In this document: piece by piece, positions 36,244-48,117 of the stretch
Numbering within the stretch: position 1 is the first letter of the stretch
Layout: each line of letters opens with the position of its first letter
Source: Phoronis australis
Lineage: Eukaryota; Animalia; Phoronida
Assembly: GCA_002633005.1 (NCBI GenBank)
Contig: NMRA01000132.1
Coordinates: 434,001 to 498,000 of the forward strand
Direction of reading: 5' to 3'
Length of the DNA: 64,000 bases
The notes under the pieces: model-generated
The model's database searches: none
The model's input: the letters and a program-made list of their open reading frames with translations, nothing else
Told to the model about the DNA's origin: nothing
Made by a program: the position numbers and the translations under genes

Positions 36244-39200
36244 TTCAATAAAAGATCATATCAAACCACAGGTGACAACGGAGGATCTTTTGTACGTTTG
36301 AAGGGAAGAGGTGTTGCTTTAAGAAGAGATGAGATCACAGAAATAATTTCGTAACGGCACATTTGGCAGAGTGATCTTGCTTTTACACCTGCGCGTAAAT
36401 CGCGTTCACATGCACCACGTTATCACGTGACTGACACCACTTCTGGAGGTAATGTAATTATATACCCGAGTGTATTTGCGTTTATATATAAAAAATACAC
36501 ACCGTACGTAAATATACACTCAGGTGTAAATATACACTCAGATGTAAAAAAACACCATCATGGTCGACCGTTTCGTATCATTCAGCCTTCACTTACTTGC
36601 TTATTTCGCATGTCTGATTTCGGCATCCTCCAAGAATTCGTGCACCATGTCGACATTTAACTACTCGTTTAAAGGACGACGGTTATCATTCTTGAATACG
36701 TTTCCCTTTATTCTTCTTTATGCAGTTCTGGGCCTGTTATGTCCCATGCGACTCTCAGTACAATGACGCAGTCCGTATTTCGCTCGATCAGCTCGACACG
36801 ATCAAGAGATTCGTGGCCAAGTACCCAGACGTCTTCGAGTTCGTCACGACTGCAGACGGTAAATTTGACATTTATTGTTTTACAGTGACATCTGTTGATA
36901 CGTTTAAAAGAAAACTGAATTTTTATGGCCAGGCTTGTCTAAGGGCCAACTAGCACGGAGGTCCCACCCTGATCTATGTTCATTGCAATTTGCAGTCTTA
37001 TAAAAGCTGTCGATACAAGCTACAAGCTTGCGCACTCAAGTCCGGATTTACCAATAAGCAAACAAAGCTACAATTTGGGGTCACGCAAAACAGGGGCCGT
37101 CACAAGATCTCACATAACTTTATCGCAGTGTTAAGAGAATTTACTTTTAGAGTTTTGTCGATGGAAATGTCTTCGAGAATTCAACTCTCCTGATGTTGTA
37201 AAGACGAATGCTGAATGGCAGCGACGATTCTTTATCACTGACGCTTTACACTCTTTCACATTGCTACGAAAACTAGCTCCGTGGAATGTTCTTTAACCTG
37301 GTTTCTCATTGATTTAAGTAATGAAACCGACGTCACAACATTCAGTCATTCCCATTGGTTGAAATCTGGAAAACTTCTCAGTGCATAAAGGCATGTGCAA
37401 GTGGTGGCGATGTGATCGGTATACTTCCGACCAAAGCATGTGCATTGATGCCACACACGGAATTCCGTGTGTCGTTCACCATGTTTCCACAGGGACACTT
37501 TTCAATGTAGGTGGCGCTGTGTCAGAGGGTATATGACGCTTAAGATGCCAGCACACATTCCGCGGGGAACCCTTTTCCTATGTCAGACGCTCCTAATGTA
37601 AACTTTTGTGTTTAGTTGGTTTGAATGCTTTGAAAGCACTACAGTTTCATGTGAAGTTAAAGGGAAATTATTGGAGAGAAAAGTCATTTTCTGAGATGAG
37701 CTTCAACGCGGAATCGAAAGTACTATACCTGTCGTCATAGCCTAATGCTGTATCTGCTATTAGATCGGTGGGTACAGCCCTGCATGGCGCCGCGGCCCCA
37801 GCGGTGCCAGTAGACAACCAATGGTAGAGCGAACAAGGCGTGCCTGGCTCAGTTAGAATTTTTTTGGACAAGTTGATCTCCCAGTTTTGAAATCCTGTAT
37901 AAAGCCCTAGGCGGAACCTTTATTTTCCGGCAAACGATTATTTTTAGTGAAACATTGACTTAGATTTTTAGTTATGACCGCAGTTGAAAAGATTACCACT
38001 TTTTAGTGAAAAACTTGGTGACGAAGGTGGTACATCTGATGTTAAACAAAAACCGGCAGTTGCAACGAATCTGGACATTTGACTTTAATATTAAACTATT
38101 CCATTATGTTCACACACCTTTTTGGCACATCAAAATTTTTACGTGTAAGTGTTTTTAGAGCAACAATATCACCACTAATATTTATAGCAGGGAATTCAAA
38201 ATTGAGAGCTACTGCTCGAGTGCTCCTCTGTAACACACCTACAATTAAACTTGAGCGGTGTCTTACAAATCGCTGTCTCTCATAGGGTTCCTGAGAAAAT
38301 GGTCATTAATTGTTCTTGCTTGCACAACAGTGCATATTAATAAGCGAAGAAACTGCCTGACTGACTAATGCAAGCACGGTCATGATAACTGTATGTTTTA
38401 GGTATCATGGACGCCTTCAAGAACGGTAAAATTGCTAGTCTTGTGGGGCTGGAAGGCGGTCACTCCATAGACAGCAGTTTGGCAACCTTACGAATGTTTT
38501 ACGATCTCGGTGTTCGCTATATGACGATCACACACAGCTGCAACACCCCGTGGTAGGTGGACGCCGCCTGTGCTGTGGCGATTAAGGACCCTCGCAGCGC
38601 TAATTACGTCCGCTCGAAATCGCTTCCTACTTTACTTGACTTAGTTAGCACCGATGAATCTTTCCATTGGTGCAGTCAATGAACTGTATTCGGCCCATGG
38701 TTTTAGCGTGGGTAATGATAAACGCTAACTCGCCATATTAAAATAAGAAAGGGTTCTATCTCAAAATATGACAAGCCAAAACGACCGCTTTCAACAAAGG
38801 TGGCGCTGCATGCGTCTTCAGAGCATCATTTACCATCTCTGCTGGATACATAAACAAGCTAATTATAGTGCTCATTTGCTTGTGGTTTGTGAAAGTGAAA
38901 TACATAAAGAACTTACAGGTGTCGCGGTTTCTTGTTAGCTGACTTTCATTTACGTTTGTACTTCAATTTTAAAAAATCGATGTAAACATAGTCAATACAT
39001 TTACAAATAAACGTCCAAGACATTGTTTTCCCTGCCGTCAATCCAACTTAACAGTCTTCATTCTACAGGGCGGATAACTGGAAGGTTGATTTGAAGGTTG
39101 ATCCCGATCCACCATACAGTAACGGACTTTCTGATTTCGGCAAGGTTGGTACATTTTATCCTGCTGAGCCTTTTGTCTTTCCTTTAAAAGATTCAGCACG

Positions 39201-42200
39201 TTTGTGTCTAGCTATTTTATTTCTCCTTGAGCGAGTGGATGCCATGTCTTCGTCGCCTCTTTACGAGTGCCATCAAGGCCTTCCAAAATATACTTATAAT
39301 CAATCAGCCAGTATGAAATACTATGGATATTTGTTTGCTAGGTGATTTCTCTTTTACAGTTTAGGAACTTTGCACATCTTACCAATGGATGTCAATAAGA
39401 ATTTCAACTGCATTGTACATACTCAAAGCACTGAATGAGACAGTTGTTGTGTGGTTGTTTAATGCACCCTCATATGTGCGTGCGTGCGTGAGTGCGTGTG
39501 GGTGCGTTATGCAGTTATCCCCATCCATCTGTCCCTCCGCCCAGCGTCCATTGCTGTATCTCCAAACTCCTTGATGGAATTTGAAGACATGGTCCTGTCA
39601 GCTTGAATGAAATTTCGATCGGATCCGACAACCGGTTTGACCCCTATTGGCAATTTCAATCTTTAACGTTTGTATCTGTATATTCGGAGTTTCTGGACGG
39701 AATTTCGTGATGCTTAGTAAAATAGGTATCTACTAAGGAAACGACGCTGTTGTCTCGTTTTTGAATAGATTCGAGGTATTGTGCGCTGCCCAGTTCTCGT
39801 TTTTACAGTTTTCGAGTCTATGTTTTGTCTTCCACCTCTGTCAGCCAAACCACCTTAAAGGTGATGAAAACTGGTATTTTTGTTCCCTGCTGGGAAGAGG
39901 ACTGCTGATGATTTCTGGGTGGTTCAACCTACTGTGGATGGCGATGACCTTCCGACGGACCCGAATACCACTATGTTCTTCAATGGCAATTTTTTGTGTT
40001 TTCCAGTATACCTTTGTACCATTCTTTGTCGGATATTCATGAATTTTGATAAAGAGACGGCGACGCGTTCCATTTTCGGTCCGACGTACTGTACATAACC
40101 TTGTGGCTATTTTCATTGTTTTCCTCAGTCGTTCTATCCTACAAACCACTATCGCGGTACCATTAAGAGTGAATCTGACAATGGTTTTCGGGCGGCTGCA
40201 ATTACTATGGCACTCCGTGTGGCATTTTTCTCGTCTGCATCTGTATCTCCTGAAGCAATTGAAGGATCTTTGTTGAATTTGACTGGTGTAACTAGAAGCC
40301 TGGTAACGGATAATGACGACTTACGGACGAACCGATTCCCGTTGTGTCCGCCAGTGGCTATTTTAATTGTTCACGTTTTCCTCCTTATCTTCGCTGTTCC
40401 GCACGTTTGGAGTCTGACTCTCTATCGTTCAAATTACTCACGAGTATCGTTGGTTATGGAAATTGGTGTATATGTATTCCCAGAGGCGGATCTACAGGGG
40501 GGTTCAGGGGGTTTAAACCCCCCCCCCCTCGGGACAGGATCAAAAATAAAAACTGGAAAAAATATCGCCAGAAAAACGAAATTAGCTACTAAAAATCCAA
40601 AAAAATCTTACACGGGAGGAGGGAAACCCTCTCGCGACCTTCCTTCTCCTCGGCGCTACGCGCCTCGGATTATTTCGAATCCTAACCCCCCCCCCCCTTA
40701 CTGAAATCGTACATCTGCCACTGCCTACTGGAAAGTGATTGGCTGACGATGAATTTCTGAAGGGTCCGACTACTGACGCGCCCTCTTGTGCCAATTTTAC
40801 GTTTTGCCTTTGGCTCAATACAAAGTTCTTGACTGGTCTTCATGAAATTTGGCATGTTTTTTTATTGAGAAGAGTACTACTGACGTGGGTTTTGGGTCAA
40901 ATACGACTACTGTGGAGTTGGTTTTTAGCAATTTTGTTTTTCTTTGTGTTTGCCTCTACCAAGTTCTTAGGTAGATGTTCATGGAATTCGGCAAATAATT
41001 ACGTAGACAACATCATCTGCTCTGTTTCAGATGGATTTATCGTACGTTGCGTCCCCTTGTGGCCTTTTTATTGTTTTAGTCCTGAGTTGCCGTCTGCTTT
41101 CCAATTCTCTGTTAATTGCACCCCCTAAAAGTTAGTATAGTTTCATATCATTCCCCGTATAATGGGAATATTTAAACAATGACCACCTCTTATATCTGTG
41201 CCGGGTGCGATTCACACATTTGGTGCATATTAATGCTCTATGTTGATGTTGTTTTATTTCAGAAAGTTATCCTCGAGATGAACAGGCTAGGCATGCTTGT
41301 TGACCTATCTCACGTGAACAAAGCGACAATGCTCGACGCATTAGAAACAACGAAAGCACCGGTTATCTTCAGTCACACGTCGGCGTTTGTTCTTTGTAAC
41401 CATTATCGTAATGCTGACGACGAGGTACTAAGGAAAACGGTAAGGAAAAAGAGAGGGTCGAGCTTAACACCGTCTTGTACAACAGCGCTAAACATTGGCC
41501 ACTTCAAGGCATACTGAAGGTTGCCAGATATGAAAACAAGGTATACGTGGGTAATAAACTGTCAAATTCCATGACTATGAACAAGGCAGAGTATAGCAAT
41601 AGGCAAATACAACCTAGTGGAAAATTACACACGTATGATATAGATTGGGAAGATGAGTGATCGAAAGCGCCTCACTATATAAACATAAAATGGTAAGCAC
41701 AAAATACAAAAATGAATAGAAAAATATGAAAAAATACAGAGAAATGCGAAAGGTCACTAAATAAGAGATAGGGGTAAAATAGAGGCAGTAATGGGCAGGA
41801 ATAAGAGGATAAAAATTTGGTAGAAAAAGGCTGAGAAGACGTCCATCAGCTAATCTGGCATTGGCAGGTCTTATCTGAGTGTGGAAACTAAGAGGTCACG
41901 TGGTAAGGATACGGCCAATAAGGTGGGGATATAGTTGAAAAGTGACATAGGGGTGAATGGCTAATAGAATTTACAAAAACTGGTGTAATGTAGTTCATCT
42001 GCTCGCATAAATATATCTAATAAGCGAAATGTCATTTACATCATTCATATATGGTGGAAGAACGGGGCCCATGTGAGTCAACGAAGCTACATTTCCAGAT
42101 ACTATGAAGACAAGGCGTACATAGGTGGTGAAAAGTTATATATTATGACTATGAATAAGACAAAGTATAACAATAGATCAATACAAGCAACTATAAAAAT

Positions 42201-45200
42201 TACACAAGTATGGTGCAGACAGGGATTGTGAGCGTTCAAAAGCACCACGAAGTCAACCCACGCCCATCCAAGCATGCGCACCTTGGATACCGATGCTAGA
42301 ATTGTGACTTGAAAGAGGAAAATTAAAACACTAACAAAATGACAAGATAATTACTTATCAACCTAAAACCATAGAGTAAATGCTACCAATAATCAGTCTA
42401 TATGCACTACCTGTTCTCCTCGTTTACTACGTATAGATTATCCCACATACATATCCTATCGAAAATCCATCGTTTCACCTGGTAATGTCGCAACTAGACC
42501 CAACTATGTAGGATAACGTATTTATATCGTAGGTATTAACTTATTTGCATCGCGACGATATATTGTTGTCATGTGATTTGGCTTGCTGTTCTATGATCAC
42601 GGGCGGCACAGCACTGAAAAAGTGGAGGCCATAGCCCCTCAGTCCCCTGTGGTGCACCGCCCATAGACCATGTGTGGCACAGCACTGAAAAAGTGGGTAT
42701 ATAGGCCCCCCTTCAGCCCCCTATGGTGCGCCATCCATGATGAACATATATATGCCAAGTCTACCCCTGCGCTAATCACAGCACTGTAAAATATGGACCT
42801 TGTGCTGATCGCTGAACTTGAGGTGAGGACTTATCGCGAAAAGCATATTTTATATGCGCTAACTGCTAACAGCGTGGGAGAGTCGAGGAACGCTTCGACC
42901 AGACGGTTGTATCGGTTACATGGCGAAGTCGTTGTCCCCCGTAATCTAGAGCCCGATTAGTGGATTTGGCGCTTCCTCATTAAAGTATTTTATTTTCACG
43001 CACGATGACTTCAGCTGCTGAATGGCACAGCGGTTAAGTTGACGTCTCGAAACTCTAACGAAGAGGGTTCGAATCAGTTCTGGGGTTCCCGCCAATATGT
43101 TATTCAACAAACGTTGAAAAATTAAATGAGTTATTTAACGGTTGTATTGGCCATGTCATGCTGATAAAAAATACTCGATATTAGGCCCCAATGTACTGGA
43201 AATATCTTGGTTCTCAGTACTAGATATGCTGTATACATCCATATAACAAGCCGTTTGCGTTTGATTTGAATTTTTGCCTGATTTTGTTAGGCACGTTATA
43301 CCGGTATGTAAGCAGTTGTCCTATTTATGGTGACCCAGATTAAACCACAGGCGTCCTCAGCTTCTGATCGTCCCCAACTACAGGGTATGGAATAATCCGA
43401 TGAGTTACGAATCGACGGCAATTGCCGCCTCCCGTTCAGTAACGCTAGGACCTCGCTAAAAAGCAAGACTTCGCGAGATTACGTGAGATATTGCCGTGCA
43501 TTTTAAATAAGAACACGTGACTTTGACTAGGTTTTAGCTAGGTCCTAGCGTAGGTCCTAGCGTCTACTGAACGCACGTCCAGTTCACCACGGAAGGTTAC
43601 AAAATGGTCTGGCTAAGTGGAGTTATTGATGTCGTGACCTTCCGTGACAAACCGGAAATTTCCGTGTAGCATATTGCTGGTGTGCAGCGACTTTTTGGGA
43701 AGATTTTTGTGCTTTGACCGCAACTTTATTGCGAACTCGGTAAAGCTGGACACTGTAAATGGTATTGGGAGAAAGAACAATTCCTCATGGTTTGTTGAAC
43801 CTCTGTTTCTTGAAAATTTATTGAGTTTTGTGTTTGCTATGGACGACTGAAGTGAAGCACCCGTGGAATTTCTAGTCCGGAGTGTCATACCTTGTATTAT
43901 TATATATAGTGTATTGGGGACGATCAGAAGCTGAGGACGCCTGTGGATTAAACTATGGAAGCCTAAAGATTGCCGCCTGATCACCGTGCGTCGGAATTTT
44001 CACCGGTAAATCTTTGCTGAAAGTTTATGGATTTTAGAACAGTAAAACTGCTTTTCCAGGAACGACGCCTTGGATCAGTGCAGTCGAAATGAACGAGTTC
44101 AATCAAATTTCCCTTCGTACACGCGAATTAACTGCACCAGGATACTGCACACTAAACGTGAAGTACCGCCTCTGCTATTGCATACGGATTGGGTCTACTT
44201 TCGCGTATGTCATGGCGTATTTCATGGCGTATTCAATGGCCTTATTCACACATATATGGCTCCAAAACGCTTTTCGAATTTGTTTTTAAATTTTAACTTT
44301 TGCATGAGGGGCTTTCTTGCTGATAATTTAGAAAACTGTAACGGCCTTTTGAAATTTCATCGTGAAAATTTACAGGAAGCGAAATTTGGTCATGTTATTG
44401 ATGCCATCGCTTTCCTATGAATGTATCTTTCTTTTTGATAAAAGTGTACTGAAAAGGCACGGTCACGTTAAGGTAGATTGGTTTCAAGTAAGAAAATCAA
44501 ATTTAGTAACTCTATACTTTCAGAAATACGTTTACAGAGTCAATTTCTGTTGTCTTGAGATATTTGACTCAATGCACACACTTGTCGATAAGAGCTCACG
44601 CAACCATAGGTGTTAACATTTTAGTATTCATATTTGCATATCGTATTCTATAATAACATTTGAATACTAGGACTCCTTATCTAATAAATTGTCATTTTTA
44701 GAAGGAAAATGGCGGGGTGGTTATGGTAAATTTCTTCGACCTTTACATCAATTGTTACCCCAACAACCAGACAGTGGCTAATCTGTCACAGGTTGCAGGT
44801 ATGTATTAACGACCTTAATCTTTCATTGGCGTCTGTAATAGATTTTCGATGTGTTTGTGCTTTCGTTTGATTAATGGACAAAAAACTTTGTCCACATTGC
44901 CGAAACATGTCGTCATTTAGTCACTTAGAATGGTAGCTAGTGGTTAGAAGGCGGTCCAATAGGAAACGTTGAATTTTCAAATCTGCAGCATAACGCAGGC
45001 CCATAGGACGATAGTGCTTGTCGCACAAAATATAACGCGGTAAGCGCAGCGTGCCCACTGTATCCGTGACCATGTCTAGAACCGCAGACTGCCAGCATAT
45101 CGTGCTGTCCTGGACTCAACTCTCTGCTAGGAGTCAGTCTTATGTGATCTGCTGACACGTCACATGAGTAATTACGCTCCATACTAGCCCAATTGAGAGT

Positions 45201-48117
45201 ACGCGCTAGGGATAAGCAAATACAATAACTGCTGCTCCTGGATTACGCGCGAGTGATTCTCACCACGTGCGGCTTCCTTGAAATACTGTACGTGAACATG
45301 ACTCCAACCGCCAATGGTCTGATAAAACGTGAAACCCGAGGCCTGAAAAAATTGTCAGGGTTTCCTGCCCGATCCCCGGGGTTCCTGTTCTAAAAGTCGG
45401 GGTTCGTGCTTTTCGGGCTGGTTAGCTGTTTTGAAGGTGCGGGAATCTGTTTTCGACGCCCTGATATCTGTTTTACACCAGGGTTTCTGTTTCGATGGAA
45501 CACGCTGATAGAGACATACAGCTGGTTCTAAAGCGTAATTTGCTGTCGCCTGATAAGTTGTGGTTGCTAAAAATACATAATTACCGGTAAATATCGCGAA
45601 TGGACGGTAACTATCGCGATTGGACTGTAAATATCGGGATTGGACGGTAAATATCGGGATTGGACTTCGTACATCGATCTATTTCATGATGATAAACATA
45701 CATGTTATCGTTTGCGTCACTGGGCATTGCGAGTAGCAATGGTAAGGTTTTGATTTGCCAAATTGTGTTCCACGAAGTTTCTAATATTTACTTACAGGTG
45801 GCGTGTCTAAAATGCACGTATCTCTCACGTCGCATCTTTCCTGGTATTCGATCAAGGAATTTAAACTAAACATAAGCTTTTCATTTTTCTAGACCACATT
45901 GACTATATCAAGAATATTTCTGGTGCAGAAACCGTGGGTATCGGAGCAGATTACGATGGTGTCCCAACGTAAGTACCTGACACTTACAAAAAGATGCAGA
46001 TATTCATTTGGATTCGCTGCCCAAGCTTGCCTGTTTCCGGCTGTAGTGTTTTTTCTCTCTCTCCCCTTCNNNNNNNNNNNNNNNNNNNNNNNNNNNNNNN
46101 NNNNNNNNNNNNNNNNNNNNNNNNNNNNNNNNNNNNNNNNNNNNNNNNNNNNNNNNNNNNNNNNNNNNNNNNNNNNNNNNNNNNNNNNNNNNNNNNNNNN
46201 NNNNNNNNNNNNNCTCCCTCCTCTTTCCATCTCTCTGACGGATTTTAATGAAACATGAGACCGCGGTATTTAAGGGCAATATGTAGACACTAGCCGATTT
46301 TGGGGAGGACATTCTCTCCTGCAGGGTCCCTTGTGTAATGGCCATTTTAGTCTCGAAAACGAGTTTTTCAGTATTTTGGGAAAAACGTTTCCTGATATAA
46401 AGACAACCATTTGACGTATCCCAATCAATCTCAACAGAGGGTTATGAGAGACGACAATGTGCCGACACCAGTTGATTTTCAAGTGAATTAATTTATTTGC
46501 TGCACCATCCACAATTGGCCATTTTGTCTGGTTTTTCAGTTGTCTGCTTGATATCTCAAAAACCCGTGGTCATATTACGATGGAATATGGCACAAAGTTA
46601 TAGGGTATCAGTAGGGCTGCACGCCACTTTTCAATCCGTCCCGCTGGGGACGAGTAGGTGGTGATGTTCAGTTTTTTTTTTGGGAAAGGCCGTCTTCGAT
46701 AATACTTAAATTAGAGAACCGATGGACAGATTTCAATGAAACTTGACACTTTGTGATGTGACACTTACACGCCTGCACTGGTCGATTTTCACACAGATTC
46801 TACCGCTTCTGCGCCACGTGTGGTCAGATTGTTGTCTCTTTCGGTGAAGCTGATAAGCTTCTCAAGAAACCTCGCTGGTTCCCTGCGTGCTTAGCCCATC
46901 CAGCACGTGCTGGCTCGGCTACCGCCCCACCTAGTGGCACGCAGAGAACCAGCGAGCCCAAGAAACATGCCGTTTGTGGTGCATTGTAGGTGCTTATTAA
47001 TAACGCTTTGGTTTGCTCTGATTTTAATTGTTATAGGCTAACTACGTCACGTAGTACCCCAGACAGAAATAAGGAAATTTCAGTGGAATATGACAATTAA
47101 CATTTAGAAGGGCGTTATTGACAAGAGGTAGGATTTTCTGGCAGCAGGGAACTCCCAGGGCTCTGCTGCAGGACTAAATCCCACTAGATAAAAGCGTATT
47201 TAACTGATAAATTGCATGGCCTTGCAGACAATGGCGAGAATTGGCGACTTTTAATAAAATCATAAAAACACAATAGATTTGCTTTTGTCTCAAAAGGTTG
47301 AATAACATTAGTATGATAATGTTACAAGGGGCTCCTTGGAAGTCTTTTCTTGATAACTCGCTAAAGCTCCAGGAACTATCTTAAAACATTAAGCCAAATT
47401 AATTGGTTGTACAATAATAGCTAAAGTCTTGCAGTATATAGATTTTGACGCCTTAGATGATTTGACGGCAAGCCGGTTGCAACACTACACACAGCAGACT
47501 TTTTCCGTTTGTGTGGATTCGAAAGCCGAGGTTTGCTTCCGCCAATGAATAATTAACCATTTCAGGCTGCCGAAAGGATTGGAAGATGTCTCTACGTACC
47601 CAGATTTGTTCGCAGAACTCGTCAGGCGGGGCTGGACCGAGGGTGATTTGAAGAAACTCGCTGGTGAAAATCTCATTCGAGTATTCAAGAAAGCGGAACA
47701 GGTATGAAAACGTCTTGGTTTGACACACTATTCCGCAGAAAAGTTAAGGCTCAGGTTTGGTAACAAGGTGGTCACAGCTCTTGCGTGTACACATAGACCT
47801 GATACACACCGTGCATCAGCAAATATCACTTGCCTGCTTGAAATTTATTACGGAAAAACTTCCTTTTTGTGAACAAATTTTTGGCTTAAAATTTGAAATT
47901 GTCATCGTGAAAATACTCCATGTTCGTCTAGTGTAATAAAACCTTTTTCGATTCAGTTTACAGGAAACTGTATATCCTTTTCCCCTTATCCTTTTAGTGT
48001 ACAACTAAATATTGATTCTTTCAGGTGGCTGCTAGCTTAAAGAAAGACAATAATCCTGATGACACGCTTATTGATGCTTCTCGCATCGTCAATGCGACTT
48101 GTCGCCCGGATTTCTAA
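34916..48117 (+). CDS. DPEP1: Membrane dipeptidase (M19, DPEP1-like), block B: coding exons 2-10 including stop; no B-specific exon 1 visible
   Basis: join(34916-35057,36726-36858,38402-38552,39069-39144,41263-41439,44702-44798,45893-45968,47566-47701,48025-48117). Exons 2-6 have the same lengths as in block A. Contains GIGADYDG and [11 protein letters not shown] and ends NATCRPDF*. With exon 1 the ORF totals 1269 nt (422 aa). Confidence 0.94.
36166..36243 (+). repeat. (CAG)n microsatellite, B intron 2, at the position equivalent to the A copy
   Basis: ~25 triplets; flanks align with 26800-27000. Confidence 0.97.
36726..36858 (+). CDS. DPEP1: DPEP-like B exon 3
   Basis: tgcag|[17 protein letters not shown]...FVTTADG|gtaaat. 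Confidence 0.93.
38402..38552 (+). CDS. DPEP1: DPEP-like B exon 4
   Basis: ttttag|[23 protein letters not shown]...THSCNTPW|gtaggt. Confidence 0.94.
39069..39144 (+). CDS. DPEP1: DPEP-like B exon 5
   Basis: ctacag|[26 protein letters not shown]|gttggt. Confidence 0.92.
39455..41130 (+). repeat. Older, decayed copy of the same array family at the equivalent position in B intron 5
   Basis: Starts ATGCACCCTCATATG(TGCG)n as in A 29678, followed by degenerate monomers; interrupted by a MITE at 40481-40723. Confidence 0.7.
40481..40723. mobile_element. GC-rich-ended MITE inserted into the B intron 5 array
   Basis: CAGAGGCGGATCTAC...GTACATCTGCCACTG imperfect TIR; splits the monomer motif GT(G/A)TTCCTACTGG. 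Confidence 0.7.
41263..41439 (+). CDS. DPEP1: DPEP-like B exon 6
   Basis: tttcag|[22 protein letters not shown]...[27 protein letters not shown]|gtaagg. Confidence 0.94.
42598..42739 (+). mobile_element. Second dimer of the ~70-bp mini-TIR unit (a monomer also occurs at 17812-17890)
   Basis: Same two-unit layout with junction CCATAGACCATG; flanks ATGAT/ATGAA. Confidence 0.7.
43014..43094 (+). mobile_element. tRNA-derived SINE-head-like fragment
   Basis: TGGCACAGCGGTTAAG (A box) and GGTTCGAATC (B box) at tRNA-like spacing, without a cloverleaf. A similar B-box fragment is at 48605-48660. Confidence 0.5.
43346..43945. mobile_element. Intact 600-bp non-autonomous DNA transposon, P-element-like
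   Basis: Perfect 32-bp TIR CACAGGCGTCCTCAGCTTCTGATCGTCCCCAA (43346-43377 / 43914-43945) and perfect 8-bp TSD GATTAAAC. Superfamily is inferred from CA-N-RG ends, TIR length and TSD size. Confidence 0.88.
43427..43578 (+). mobile_element. ~150-bp MITE (GCCTCCCGTTCAGTAACGCTAGGACCT...AGGTCCTAGCGTCTACTGAACGCACG), nested in the P-like element
   Basis: Terminal inverted repeats; near-identical to 20733-20873; related copies at 50978-51101 (+) and 51741-51880 (-). Confidence 0.85.
44702..44798 (+). CDS. DPEP1: DPEP-like exon 7 (only copy for the A/B unit in this window)
   Basis: ttttag|[33 protein letters not shown]|gtatgt. Confidence 0.93.
45585..45665 (+). repeat. 20-bp minisatellite, 4 copies
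   Basis: Unit CGGTAAATATCG(C/G)GATTGGA repeated without spacers. Confidence 0.92.
45893..45968 (+). CDS. DPEP1: DPEP-like exon 8
   Basis: ttctag|(D)[24 protein letters not shown](T)|gtaagt. Confidence 0.94.
46070..46213. other. 144-N assembly gap within a CT-rich tract in intron 8
   Basis: Run of N flanked by pyrimidine-rich microsatellite-like sequence. Confidence 0.98.
46214..47025 (+). repeat. Related array-family element in intron 8
   Basis: Monomer-like text (GGATTTTAATGAAAC, GATATCTCAAAAACC), CCCCACCTAGTGGC at ~46925, and a tail (CAAGAAACATGCCGTTTGTGGTGCATT) resembling 32494-32556. Confidence 0.55.
47566..47701 (+). CDS. DPEP1: DPEP-like exon 9
   Basis: tttcag|[46 protein letters not shown]|gtatga. 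Confidence 0.94.
48025..48117 (+). CDS. DPEP1: DPEP-like terminal exon 10
   Basis: tctttcag|[30 protein letters not shown] (TAA 48115-48117); retains the C-terminal C-R motif. Confidence 0.88.
   Translation: MAASLKKDNNPDDTLIDASRIVNATCRPDF

Noticed and set aside
36004-36354. 116-aa poly-Q ORF
   Set aside because: Same microsatellite in B intron 2; the frame is not preserved in the A copy.
40207-40704. 165-aa ORF, the longest in the track
   Set aside because: Runs across decayed array monomers and an inserted MITE; low complexity with no domain signature.
43014-43094. Possible tRNA gene
   Set aside because: A and B boxes are present but acceptor and T stems do not pair; treated as a SINE-like relic.
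45585-45665. Short regular repeats as a CRISPR-like array
   Set aside because: Contiguous 20-bp units with no spacers, inside a eukaryotic intron; no cas genes.
45889-46345. ORFs containing X runs
   Set aside because: Open only because they cross the 144-N gap; the real coding part is exon 8.
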